In this document: positions 16,766 through 24,856 of the stretch, piece by piece
Layout of the letters: every line of letters starts with the position of its first letter
Position numbering within the stretch: the stretch's first letter is position 1
Source: Bradyrhizobiaceae bacterium
GTDB lineage: Bacteria > Pseudomonadota > Alphaproteobacteria > Rhizobiales > Xanthobacteraceae
Length of the DNA stretch: 28,002 nt
Assembly (NCBI GenBank): GCA_040376815.1
Contig: JBEIPX010000001.1
Span: forward strand, 1 to 28,002
Reading direction: 5' to 3'
Position numbers and translations under genes: made by a program
The notes under the pieces: model-generated
What the model saw: only the letters and a program-made list of their open reading frames with translations
Database searches by the model: none
What the model was told of the DNA's origin: nothing

Positions 16766-17368
16766 ATGCCCTACAGCTGGCGAAGTGTCGATGTCATCAA
16801 GTGTCCGAATCAAAGGGGGCTTGCATTCTACTGGGACCGGCTGCGAAGCGGAGAAAGTCAGCTCCCGCGCTTCGCCGGGTTTTCGCCTGACTCGCGGCTC
16901 GTCGATCCGCGCCGGCTCATCATCGTTCGAGTCGAGAATGAGGCAACCCGCAAGTATCGCGTGATGCACTATGGATCGCGCCTGATAGAAACATCCGGTG
17001 TCGACGGAACGGGGAAGTACATCGATCAGATCGTTCCGCCAACGCTGCGGAAGCGGGCGCTGACAAGCTACGACCGATGCATTGCGCGGCGATGTCCTGT
17101 TTATCTTGTTTCGAAAACCACCGACCGTGCGGGGTGCGTTGTCAGTTTCGAACGCCTGTCTCTGCCGTTCAGTGAGAGCGGCGATGAAGTCGAATGGATC
17201 GTGACGCTGCTGCTTCTGATCAGCCCGGACGGGCGGTTCGAACGCCAAGGCATGTTTGACGACAAAACGCGTGCCATCGAAGACGTTCAGAAATCTCTGA
17301 TCAGACCTGGATTTTCGAGGCCGGTTGCGAACGGTAAACGTCAGACCTCGCCAACACTCAAGCAATGA
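16766..17368 (+). CDS. Stand-alone PAS-domain protein (PAS_5-like)
   Basis: LAFYWDRLR...LPRF, YRVMHYGSRL, G.DGTGKYIDQI and FERLSLPFS...V.WIV pattern. Start ATG 16766 or GTG 16754. Confidence 0.75.
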   Translation: MPYSWRSVDVIKCPNQRGLAFYWDRLRSGESQLPRFAGFSPDSRLVDPRRLIIVRVENEATRKYRVMHYGSRLIETSGVDGTGKYIDQIVPPTLRKRALTSYDRCIARRCPVYLVSKTTDRAGCVVSFERLSLPFSESGDEVEWIVTLLLLISPDGRFERQGMFDDKTRAIEDVQKSLIRPGFSRPVANGKRQTSPTLKQ

Positions 17369-17382
17369 TCCGAGATGAACGT

Positions 17383-18030
17383 TTAGCGGCGCTGCACGCC
17401 GCGCTGCTCCAGCCGCCAGATCAGGAGTTCGATCCGGTCTTGCCCGAAGAACGGTTCTCCCTCGAAGGAAAAGGTCGGCACACCCCAGTGGCCTGACGCA
17501 GCATGCGCTTTCTCGTTATCCGCGATCACCGCCTCGTAGCGATCGGGATCGGTTGCGATCGCTCTCTCCATCGCCGGCAGATCGAAACCGGCCCTGGCAG
17601 CGGCTTTCTCCAGATGATCGCCTTCGTGCCAGCCGTTAACGCTGCCGTCCCAGAGGACGGGCGCCATGGCCAGCGTGAAATCCAGAGCGCGGCCGTCGAG
17701 CTGAGCTAAAGCGCAGAGCCGGGTGATGCGGCGGATGCGCGGCTGCTCGGCGGCAACTTCCAGCGTCGTCATGTCCTGCACGATCGGATCGGGACGCGGC
17801 CAGCGAAACGGGATGCCGGCTTGTTCGGCGACGCGCATGCTGTCGCGTACGATGTACGGTGCGAACTGCGGGTTGGCGTTCTTGAAGAAGCCGGGAATCC
17901 GCACGGCGATCGGATAGACCGGGCGCAAGTTGACGTTCACGTCATGACTTTGCGTCAACGCGCGCGTCTTCGGCAGGGCAAGGTAGCTGTAGGGACTGCG
18001 ATACGAATAGAAAAGATCGATGGACGTCAT
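17383..18030 (-). CDS. 2-hydroxychromene-2-carboxylate isomerase / DsbA-like (kappa GST) protein
   Basis: IDLFYSYRSPYSYL and GHWGVPTF...EPFFGQDR. GAGG SD before ATG 18030. Confidence 0.9.
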   Translation of the reverse strand: MTSIDLFYSYRSPYSYLALPKTRALTQSHDVNVNLRPVYPIAVRIPGFFKNANPQFAPYIVRDSMRVAEQAGIPFRWPRPDPIVQDMTTLEVAAEQPRIRRITRLCALAQLDGRALDFTLAMAPVLWDGSVNGWHEGDHLEKAAARAGFDLPAMERAIATDPDRYEAVIADNEKAHAASGHWGVPTFSFEGEPFFGQDRIELLIWRLEQRGVQRR

Positions 18031-18110
18031 GTCGCCCTCAGCGAGGAAGCCGAAAGCATGCAAGACGCTCCCGCCCGGAACGTCAATGCCGTTGAATGCA
18101 GTACGATCGG

Positions 18111-18788
18111 CTAGGCCTCGTCGCCGGCATCCTGAAGAAACGGATTGGTCATGCGCTCCTGGCCGATGCTCGAGCCGGGGCCGTGACCGCAGATGAAGCC
18201 GACATCGTCGCCGAGCGGCAGCAGTTTTTCGGCGATCGACTTGATCAGCGTCGCATGGTTGCCGCCGGGCAGGTCAGTGCGGCCGACCGAGCCCGCGAAC
18301 AGAACGTCGCCGACGATCGCGAACTGCATGTCCTTGTTGACGAACACCACGCTGCCCGGCGAGTGGCCGGGACAGTGGAGCACGTCGAACGCGAGTTCGC
18401 CGATCCTGACCTGATCGCCCTCGTTCAGCCAGCGGTCGGGGGCGAAGTTGCGCACGCCGGTGAGGCCGAAACTGGCGCCGCTGGAGACGACGTTGTCGAG
18501 CAGATACTTGTCGGCGAGGTGCGGTCCTTCGATCGGCACCTTCAGCGCGTCGCGCAACTCGGCCGCGCCGCCGACATGGTCGATGTGCCCGTGCGTGATC
18601 CAGATCTGCTCGACCGTGACCTTCATCTCCTCGATGCCTTTGAGGATCTGGGGGACGTCGCCGCCGGGATCGATCACCACTGCCTTGCGCGTGGTTTCGC
18701 ACCACAGCAGGCAGCAATTCTGCTGAAAATCCGTGACCGGGATGATGATCGCGCCGGCCTTCGATGGAGTCTCGGTGTCATTTGCCAT
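18111..18788 (-). CDS. MBL-fold metallo-hydrolase (YcbL/glyoxalase II-like)
   Basis: FQQNC, THGHIDH (HxHxDH), HCPGHSPG, GDVLFAGSVGRTD and CGHGP. Confidence 0.93.
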   Translation of the reverse strand: MANDTETPSKAGAIIIPVTDFQQNCCLLWCETTRKAVVIDPGGDVPQILKGIEEMKVTVEQIWITHGHIDHVGGAAELRDALKVPIEGPHLADKYLLDNVVSSGASFGLTGVRNFAPDRWLNEGDQVRIGELAFDVLHCPGHSPGSVVFVNKDMQFAIVGDVLFAGSVGRTDLPGGNHATLIKSIAEKLLPLGDDVGFICGHGPGSSIGQERMTNPFLQDAGDEA

Positions 18789-18960
18789 GCCAGTGACATG
18801 GCCCATTTTCAGCGGAACGCCAAGAGGGTTTCGCCGGCGAAAACACGCGACCCGGCCAGCAAATACCGGCTGTTGCAGAGCCGGCGGCAGGAACAACCCG
18901 CCGCCAACTCCATGTCGTCACCGAGCACGGTCCCTGCATGCGCATGGACGGCGCTGCATG

Positions 18961-20097
18961 TTAGCGCTTGATCTGCGCCTTCAGCGTCTCCTCGACCACA
19001 CGATCGAACGACGAGACGGGCTTGGCCGGCGACTTTGCCTGAGCTTTCACCTTCTCTTCGGCGACATACTTGTCGCGCTTGGCGACCAGCGCGGCGAGTT
19101 TCTCGTTGAGCAGCTTGCGGCTCGCGACCTGCTTTTCGACCGTTTTCTGCCGTTCCTCGGCTGAGAGCTTGCGCAAGTCATCAGGCAGATCGTCATCCTT
19201 GAGTGATGCCATCTTCTGACGGCCGGTGGCAACGTCGGCCGTGAGATCGCCGCCGCCGGTCACGGCTTCGCCCGAGGAGGCCGAGCGCTTGTTGAGATAG
19301 CTCGCCATTTCGGTGGCGGAGGAGGGGGCGGCGGCAGCCACCGACGCGAGCTGGCGCGTGCGATCCTCGACGCGCTTCTGCGTCGCGCGCGGGCCGTAAG
19401 GGATCACCGTGCCGTTGATCTGCTTTTGCAGGATGATGATCTCATCATCGAACGGCGTCTCGATCACGACGATCTCGCCGCCATCCTGCGGGATCGGGAT
19501 GAAGCGGCCGTTGCCGCCTTGCGCGATCTCGCGCCAGACGCGCTCAGTGTCACGTGCGCTGCCGGCCAGCACCGCGTTGACGAGAATGTCCTTCTGCTTC
19601 GCGACTTTCAGCGTCTCGGGATACTTGGTGTCCTGCGCGTAATTCATGTGCGGCGGGGCATCGCCGACCAGGAAGACGATTCGCCGGGTCTCGGCCCCTT
19701 GCGTCCATTTCAGCTTGTTGACGGCGACGTCGAGCGCCTCGTTGACGCTCTCCGGCCAGTCGCCGCCTCCGCGCGCCTTCATCTCGAGCAGGTTGGCGTA
19801 GACGTCCTGGATGTCGGTGGTGAGATCGAATGTCTTGGTCACGTAGTCGTCGCCGATGTCGCGATAGGCGACGAGGCCCATGCGGATGTCGGCGTCAGGA
19901 TTTGTGTCGACGATCGTGGTCGCAATCGACCAGATCTTGCGCTTGGCTCCTTCGAGCAAACCGCTCATCGAGCCCGTGGTATCGAGAACGAAAGCAACTT
20001 CAACCGCGGGCTTGGCGGCTGCTTGCGACAGCGCGCCGGTTAGCGGCAAAAAAAGAATCGCGGCCGCGAGGGCGCGCGATGTGATGCGAGATGGCAT
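18961..20097 (-). CDS. Secreted vWA-domain protein
   Basis: GGAGAGG SD; signal peptide (RALAAAILFLPLTGALSQA); MIDAS DTTGSM; GGGDWPESV; FLVGDAPPH. Confidence 0.88.
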   Translation of the reverse strand: MPSRITSRALAAAILFLPLTGALSQAAAKPAVEVAFVLDTTGSMSGLLEGAKRKIWSIATTIVDTNPDADIRMGLVAYRDIGDDYVTKTFDLTTDIQDVYANLLEMKARGGGDWPESVNEALDVAVNKLKWTQGAETRRIVFLVGDAPPHMNYAQDTKYPETLKVAKQKDILVNAVLAGSARDTERVWREIAQGGNGRFIPIPQDGGEIVVIETPFDDEIIILQKQINGTVIPYGPRATQKRVEDRTRQLASVAAAAPSSATEMASYLNKRSASSGEAVTGGGDLTADVATGRQKMASLKDDDLPDDLRKLSAEERQKTVEKQVASRKLLNEKLAALVAKRDKYVAEEKVKAQAKSPAKPVSSFDRVVEETLKAQIKR

Positions 20098-20160
20098 AAT
20101 CCTCTCCCAAAGTATTTCCATAGGGTCCGATCGGCGATCGGACCCGTCGTTCATTTTCAA

Positions 20161-20211
20161 GAGCATGATCCTTGTCCGAAAACCGCGCCCCACTTTTCGG
20201 GGATCATGCTC
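20161..20211 (-). repeat. GCATGATC-type REP element, copy 1
   Basis: 11-bp TIR GAGCATGATCC/GGATCATGCTC with an inner CCGAAAA/TTTTCGG stem; homologous copy at 27312-27358. Confidence 0.85.
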
Positions 20212-20345
20212 CGGAACCATGGTTCCCCGCCTTCACGACCCCCTCACGCCGGAAAAATGGCAGGGAACCGGCATATTTGCGGCCCGGTAGCTGGGGGCGG
20301 CCTTAGACCTTTCCGGCGACCGGGCTCACCTCTTAGAGTGGCGGC

Positions 20346-20843
20346 ATGAGCGAACCGGGTTCGATTCGGTTGATTAAAGAACCTCCACGTGACCTGCGTC
20401 AGTCGGAGACGGCGCTGGCGGTTGCGCGCGGCACGGCGCGGCTGCTGCGCTCGCTCGATTTTTCGACCGTGAGCGAAGTCTCGCTGCCGTCCGGCCGCCG
20501 CGCCGATCTCGTCGCGCTCAATCCGCGCGGCGATGTCTGGATCGTCGAGATCAAGTCATCGCTGGAAGATTTGCGCGCCGATCAGAAGTGGCAGGACTAC
20601 CGCGCCCATTGCGACCGGCTGTTCTTTGCCTTTCCGCAACAGCTGCCGTGCGACATCTTTCCGCAGGATACGGGACTGATCGTCGCCGACGCACACGGCG
20701 CGCACCTGCACTGCGACGCACCGGAGCATCGCCTGCCGGCAGCGACGCGCAAGGTGATGATGGTCCGCTTCGCGCTCGCGGCCGCGGGGCGGCTCAACCG
20801 GCTCGCCGATCCGCAGGGGCACGCGGGGCTTCTTGATTTTTAG
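20346..20843 (+). CDS. mmcB: MmcB family DNA repair protein (PD-(D/E)xK endonuclease-like)
   Basis: RQSETALAVARG, LPSGRRADLVAL, IVEIKSS.EDLRADQKW.DYRAHCDRLFFA. Confidence 0.92.
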   Translation: MSEPGSIRLIKEPPRDLRQSETALAVARGTARLLRSLDFSTVSEVSLPSGRRADLVALNPRGDVWIVEIKSSLEDLRADQKWQDYRAHCDRLFFAFPQQLPCDIFPQDTGLIVADAHGAHLHCDAPEHRLPAATRKVMMVRFALAAAGRLNRLADPQGHAGLLDF

Positions 20844-21394
20844 CGCGGGGCGCGCTTGGCGAGGATCCGTTGCAGGGTGCGCCGGTGCATGTTGAGGCGG
20901 CGCGCCGTTTCCGAGACGTTGCGATTGCACATCTCGTAAATGCGCTGGATGTGCTCCCAGCGCACGCGGTCCGCCGACATCGGATTGGCCGGCAGCTCCG
21001 ACTTCTCGCCGCCGCTCGACAGCAGCGCCGCGACCACGTCGTCGGCATCGGCCGGCTTCGACAGATAGTCGACCGCACCCATCTTCACCGCGGTGACTGC
21101 GGTGGCGATGTTGCCGTAGCCGGTCAGTACGATCGCACGCGCGTCCGGCCGCTTGCGCTTCAGCGCCGACACGACGTCGAGACCATTGCCGTCACCGAGC
21201 CGCAGATCGACCACGGCGAACGCCGGCGCCGTGCGGCCGATCTGCGCGAGCCCGTCGGCAACCGTATCGCAGGCGGTGACCGTGAAGCCGCGCGTTTCCA
21301 TCGCGCGCGCGAGGCGCTCGAGAAACGGCTTGTCGTCTTCCACGATCAGAAGCGAACGGTCGGCTTCGTTGGCGAGCTCAGCGATGGCGGTCAC
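20840..21394 (-). CDS. regA: RegA/RegR/PrrA/ActR response regulator
   Basis: Receiver domain (IVEDD, VVDLRL, LSKPAD) plus the hallmark MSADRVRWEHIQRIYEMCNRNVSETARRLNMHRRTLQRILAKRAPR. Confidence 0.97.
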   Translation of the reverse strand: MTAIAELANEADRSLLIVEDDKPFLERLARAMETRGFTVTACDTVADGLAQIGRTAPAFAVVDLRLGDGNGLDVVSALKRKRPDARAIVLTGYGNIATAVTAVKMGAVDYLSKPADADDVVAALLSSGGEKSELPANPMSADRVRWEHIQRIYEMCNRNVSETARRLNMHRRTLQRILAKRAPR

Positions 21395-21541
21395 GGGTGC
21401 GGTTCTTCCTCTTAGCTGATGATATTCAAGCAGATATGGCGACGGAATCCACCCCTGCCAAGGGCATAAGGGAGGTTAACGCAGGGCGCGAGATCCGCCG
21501 CATGTGGCAGAGCATCGCAGAAAGCGGGTTCCAATTGATGC

Positions 21542-22861
21542 TTAAAGTATCATCTCCGGTGAAATCGTCGCGGTTTCAAACGCTTCACGTGGCCACGCAA
21601 TATGAACGACCGCGCCGTGATCGGGGAAGACACGATTGGAGAAGCGGACGCGCGCGCCGGAGCGCTCCAGCAGTGTGCGGGCGATGAACACGCCAAGTCC
21701 GAGCCCACCGCGTTCGTCGTCGCTGCTCTTGCGGCGTGAGAGGTAGGGCTGCTGGCCGATGCGCTTGATGATGTCCGGCGGAATTCCGGGGCCGTCGTCG
21801 GAGATGTCGATCTCGACGACGTCGGCGTTCCACCACGCACTGACCTCGACGCTTTCGCGAGCGAAGTCGACCGCGTTTTCCAGAATGTTGCCGAGGCCGT
21901 AGAGGATGGCAGGATTGCGCAGGCCGACCGGTTCGGGTGATCCGGCGACCGCGATGCGGACGCGAATGGCGATGCCGAAGTCGCGATGCGGCGCGACGGC
22001 CTCCTCGATCAATGTCGATAGCTTCATGTTGTCGAACGGCGCGCCGCTCGACGAAAGTTGCGCGATCTTGCCGAGAATCTCGCGGCAGCGCTCGGCCTGC
22101 TCGCGCAGCGTCTTGAAGTCGGGGTTGCTGTGACCGGCCTCGGTCGCGTTCTTGTCCAGTTCGCGCGAGATCAGGAAGATGGTCGAGAGCGGCGTACCGA
22201 GTTCATGTGCGGCGGCGGCGGCGAGGCCGTCGAGCTGAGTCAGGTGCTGTTCGCGGGTCAGCACCAGTTCGGTTGCCGCCAGCGCGTCCGACAGCTTGCG
22301 CGATTCCTCCGCGACCTGGAACGCGTAGAGACTGGTGACGGCGATCGCGAGCACGATCGAGAGCCAGACGCCGAGCATGTAGATCGGCGGCAGCGCCAGC
22401 TGATCCTCGCCGGCCCATGGCAGCGGCAGGTGAATGAAGCCGAGCGCCGTGGCGCATGCGGTCGCGAACGCACCGAGCACGATCGTGTAGCTGATCGGCA
22501 GTGCGGTAGCCGAGATCAGAACCGGTGCAAGGAACAGGAACGAGAACGGATTCTGTAGTCCGCCGGTGAGGAAGAGTAGAATCGCAAGCTCCGCGATATT
22601 GAAGGCCAGCAGGATCGCCGCGTAGAGCGGTTCCAGCCGGTGCACCGGGCTGAAGCGGATCTGCAATGCGATGTTGACCAGCGCGGACAGGCCGATCACC
22701 ACCATGCACGCCAGCACCGGCATGTCGAAGTCGAGTCCCTGCACCACGACGAAGATCGCGGCGAGCTGGCCGAGCGCTGCGAGCCAGCGCAGCCGCAGGA
22801 TCGTATCGAGCCGCACATAGCGGCGCGGATTACGGAAATCGGAGACGGCGATATCGCTCAT
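21542..22861 (-). CDS. regB: RegB/RegS/PrrB/ActS redox sensor histidine kinase
   Basis: LRLRWLA, GGLQNPF quinone motif, H-box AAHELGTPL, redox Cys in ERCREIL, N/G boxes ENAVDFA, DDGPG and GLGLGVFIA. Confidence 0.96.
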   Translation of the reverse strand: MSDIAVSDFRNPRRYVRLDTILRLRWLAALGQLAAIFVVVQGLDFDMPVLACMVVIGLSALVNIALQIRFSPVHRLEPLYAAILLAFNIAELAILLFLTGGLQNPFSFLFLAPVLISATALPISYTIVLGAFATACATALGFIHLPLPWAGEDQLALPPIYMLGVWLSIVLAIAVTSLYAFQVAEESRKLSDALAATELVLTREQHLTQLDGLAAAAAHELGTPLSTIFLISRELDKNATEAGHSNPDFKTLREQAERCREILGKIAQLSSSGAPFDNMKLSTLIEEAVAPHRDFGIAIRVRIAVAGSPEPVGLRNPAILYGLGNILENAVDFARESVEVSAWWNADVVEIDISDDGPGIPPDIIKRIGQQPYLSRRKSSDDERGGLGLGVFIARTLLERSGARVRFSNRVFPDHGAVVHIAWPREAFETATISPEMIL

Positions 22862-22967
22862 GCGGTGCAACGTACTCGCCTTGCGTCCGCGCCACACACC
22901 GGTGCGTCAAATTGCTTTGATCGTGGAGCGCTTGCGATTCGCGGCTATTTACCGCAATGACGGGACG

Positions 22968-23765
22968 ATGAACGATGCGCCCGCGATTGCCGCAAGCTCG
23001 CCATCGTCCGTGCCGCCCTCCGGCGGCGCGGCGATCGCTGTCGAGCGGCTGATGAAGATCTACAAGACCGTCCGCGCGGTCGACGACGTCTCGTTCCGCA
23101 TTGCGCAAGGCAGCATCACGGGGCTTCTCGGCGGCAACGGCGCCGGCAAAACCACGACCATCGCCATGATCATGGGGCTGGTGCTGCCGACCTCCGGCAC
23201 GGTCGAGGTCCTCGGTCATCCGATGCCGGACCAGAGCGCGAAAGTGCTCGGCCGGATGAACTTCGAAAGCCCGTATGTCGACATGCCGATGCGGCTGACA
23301 GTGCGGCAGAATCTAGACGTGTTCGGCCGGCTCTATGCGGTAAAGAACCTGAAGGAGCGGATCGAGCAGCTCGCGTCCGATCTCGATCTCAACGATTTCA
23401 TCGACCGGCACACCGGCAAGCTCTCCGCCGGGCAGAAGACGCGCGTGGCACTCGCCAAGGCGCTGATCAATTCGCCGGAGCTGCTGCTGCTGGACGAGCC
23501 GACCGCGTCGCTCGATCCCGATACCGCCGACTGGATCAGGACGCATCTCGACAGCTATCGCAAGGAACGCGGTGCGACGATCCTGCTCGCCTCGCACAAC
23601 ATGCAGGAGGTCGAGCGGCTATGCGACCGCGTCATCATCATGAAGCGCGGCAAGATTGAGGATGACGATTCGACGGAAGGAATTCTCGCCCGCTACAATC
23701 GCGCGACGCTGGAAGAGGTGTTCCTCGATGTCGCGCGCGGACGTGTGCAAGTGGAGCGAACATGA
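22968..23765 (+). CDS. ABC exporter ATP-binding protein
   Basis: Walker A GGNGAGKTT, LSAGQ signature, LLLLDEPT and ASH (H-loop). The last codons and the stop come from a repeat element. Confidence 0.94.
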   Translation: MNDAPAIAASSPSSVPPSGGAAIAVERLMKIYKTVRAVDDVSFRIAQGSITGLLGGNGAGKTTTIAMIMGLVLPTSGTVEVLGHPMPDQSAKVLGRMNFESPYVDMPMRLTVRQNLDVFGRLYAVKNLKERIEQLASDLDLNDFIDRHTGKLSAGQKTRVALAKALINSPELLLLDEPTASLDPDTADWIRTHLDSYRKERGATILLASHNMQEVERLCDRVIIMKRGKIEDDDSTEGILARYNRATLEEVFLDVARGRVQVERT

Positions 23766-23828
23766 CATTCGCCCCCACTTTGCCGAGCGCGCTGACAGGC
23801 GAATGTCATGTTCAAAGCTCCACTTGCA
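23746..23828. repeat. 83-bp REP-like hairpin element (copy A)
   Basis: TGCAAGTGGAGC + GAACATGACATTCGCC ... GGCGAATGTCATGTTC + AAA bulge + GCTCCACTTGCA: 12-bp and 16-bp perfect stems. Confidence 0.85.
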
Positions 23829-23932
23829 GCCTAAAATTTGCTCGTGGCCCTTTAATTCCAACATTCGCAAACGGATCTCGCCGAAACGCGGTGCGAATGT
23901 TGGAATTGGACCACGAGGTGGGTGGCGCATGA
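23762..23932 (+). other. 56-codon ORF made of repeat DNA, ATGA-coupled to both ABC genes
   Basis: ATG 23762 overlaps the ATPase TGA (23763-23765). Its TGA (23930-23932) overlaps the permease ATG 23929. Translation: MTFAPTLPSALTGECHVQSSTCSLKFARGPLIPTFANGSRRNAVRMLELDHEVGGA. Confidence 0.4.
23841..23917. repeat. 77-bp REP-like hairpin element (copy B, inverted relative to A)
   Basis: CTCGTGGCCC + TTT bulge + AATTCCAACATTCGCA ... TGCGAATGTTGGAATT + GGACCACGAG; shares the ACATTCGC/GCGAATGT core with copy A. Confidence 0.85.
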
Positions 23933-24729
23933 CCGGCATTTCCGTCCGCCGCATCTACGCGATGATCCTGCGCTACAGCTACCTGCTGGTGTCGTCGTGG
24001 CCGCGGCTGCTCGAACTGATCTATTGGCCGACCTTGCAGCTGATCACGTGGGGATTCCTGCAAGCGTACATCACGGAGAACTCCGGGCCGCTCGCGCGCA
24101 CCGGCGGCGCACTGCTGGGCGCGGTGATCCTCTGGGATATCCTGTTCCGCGGCCAGCTCGGCTTCTCGATCTCGTTTCTTGAAGAAATGTGGGCGCGCAA
24201 CATCGGCAATCTGTTCATGAGCCCGCTGAAGCCGATCGAGTTCCTGATCGCGCTGATGGCGATGGGCGTGATCCGTCTCGTGATCGGCGTCGTGCCGATG
24301 ACGTTCCTCGCCATCGCCTTCTTCGGCTTCAACATCTACGGCCTCGGGCTGCCGCTGGTGGCCTTCTTCTGCAATCTCATCTTCACGAGTTGGGCGATGG
24401 GGATCATCGTCTCAGGCATCGTGCTGCGGAACGGGCTCGGCGCCGAGACGCTGGCCTGGACTCTGATGTTCCTGATGCTGCCACTGGTGTGCGTGTACTA
24501 CCCGGTGTCGGTGCTGCCGGGCTGGCTCCAGACCATCGCCTGGGCGCTGCCGCCGACCTACGTTTTTGAAGGTATGCGCTCGCTGCTGGCCGACCATGTG
24601 TTTCGGGCCGACCTGATGATTCAGGCCTTGCTGATGAACGGGCTGCTTCTGGCGGGTTCTTTCGCGATTTTCATGATGCTTCTCAATGGTGCACGGCGAA
24701 ATGGCTCGCTGCTGCAAACGGGCGAATAG
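23929..24729 (+). CDS. ABC-2 type exporter permease
   Basis: RRIYAMILRY, SWPRLLELIYWP, SFLEEMWARNIGNLFMSPL and YYPVSVLP; about 6 TM segments. Confidence 0.93.
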   Translation: MTGISVRRIYAMILRYSYLLVSSWPRLLELIYWPTLQLITWGFLQAYITENSGPLARTGGALLGAVILWDILFRGQLGFSISFLEEMWARNIGNLFMSPLKPIEFLIALMAMGVIRLVIGVVPMTFLAIAFFGFNIYGLGLPLVAFFCNLIFTSWAMGIIVSGIVLRNGLGAETLAWTLMFLMLPLVCVYYPVSVLPGWLQTIAWALPPTYVFEGMRSLLADHVFRADLMIQALLMNGLLLAGSFAIFMMLLNGARRNGSLLQTGE

Positions 24730-24795
24730 CGCCGCCGGGTTCCAACAGGCGGTCCGCCTCACTTTGATAACCCTGCCCACAGCCTATTGGTTGGA

Positions 24796-24831
24796 TTGAC
24801 GTTTTGTTACGCAACATCCAGTATATTGCGT
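24796..24831 (+). promoter_or_regulatory. Candidate sigma70 promoter of phaZ with an overlapping inverted repeat
   Basis: TTGACG (24796-24801), N17, CAGTAT (24819-24824); ACGCAA-N11-TTGCGT (24809-24831) straddles the -10. Confidence 0.4.
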
Positions 24832-24856
24832 TGCGAAACACTGCTGAGGATTCAGG

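Noticed and set aside
20227-20345. LexA (GTTC-N7-GTTC) box upstream of mmcB
   Set aside because: mmcB is SOS-regulated in Caulobacter, but I found no intact GTTC-N7-GTTC or GAAC-N7-GAAC here.
18111-20843. MBL, vWA and MmcB nuclease as an anti-phage defence system
   Set aside because: The MBL is a housekeeping YcbL type, the vWA has a signal peptide and no MoxR/kinase partner, and mmcB is divergent and belongs with the regAB locus.
21395-21541. RegA box or sRNA in the regB-regA gap
   Set aside because: Only half-site matches to GCGNC-N5-GNCGC and no terminator.
23746-23917. CRISPR-like repeat-spacer unit
   Set aside because: Only two inverted, diverged hairpin units; the architecture is REP-like.
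23656-23928. 91-aa N-terminal extension of the ABC permease
   Set aside because: It overlaps the ATPase and consists largely of REP sequence. The family-like sequence begins at ATG 23929.
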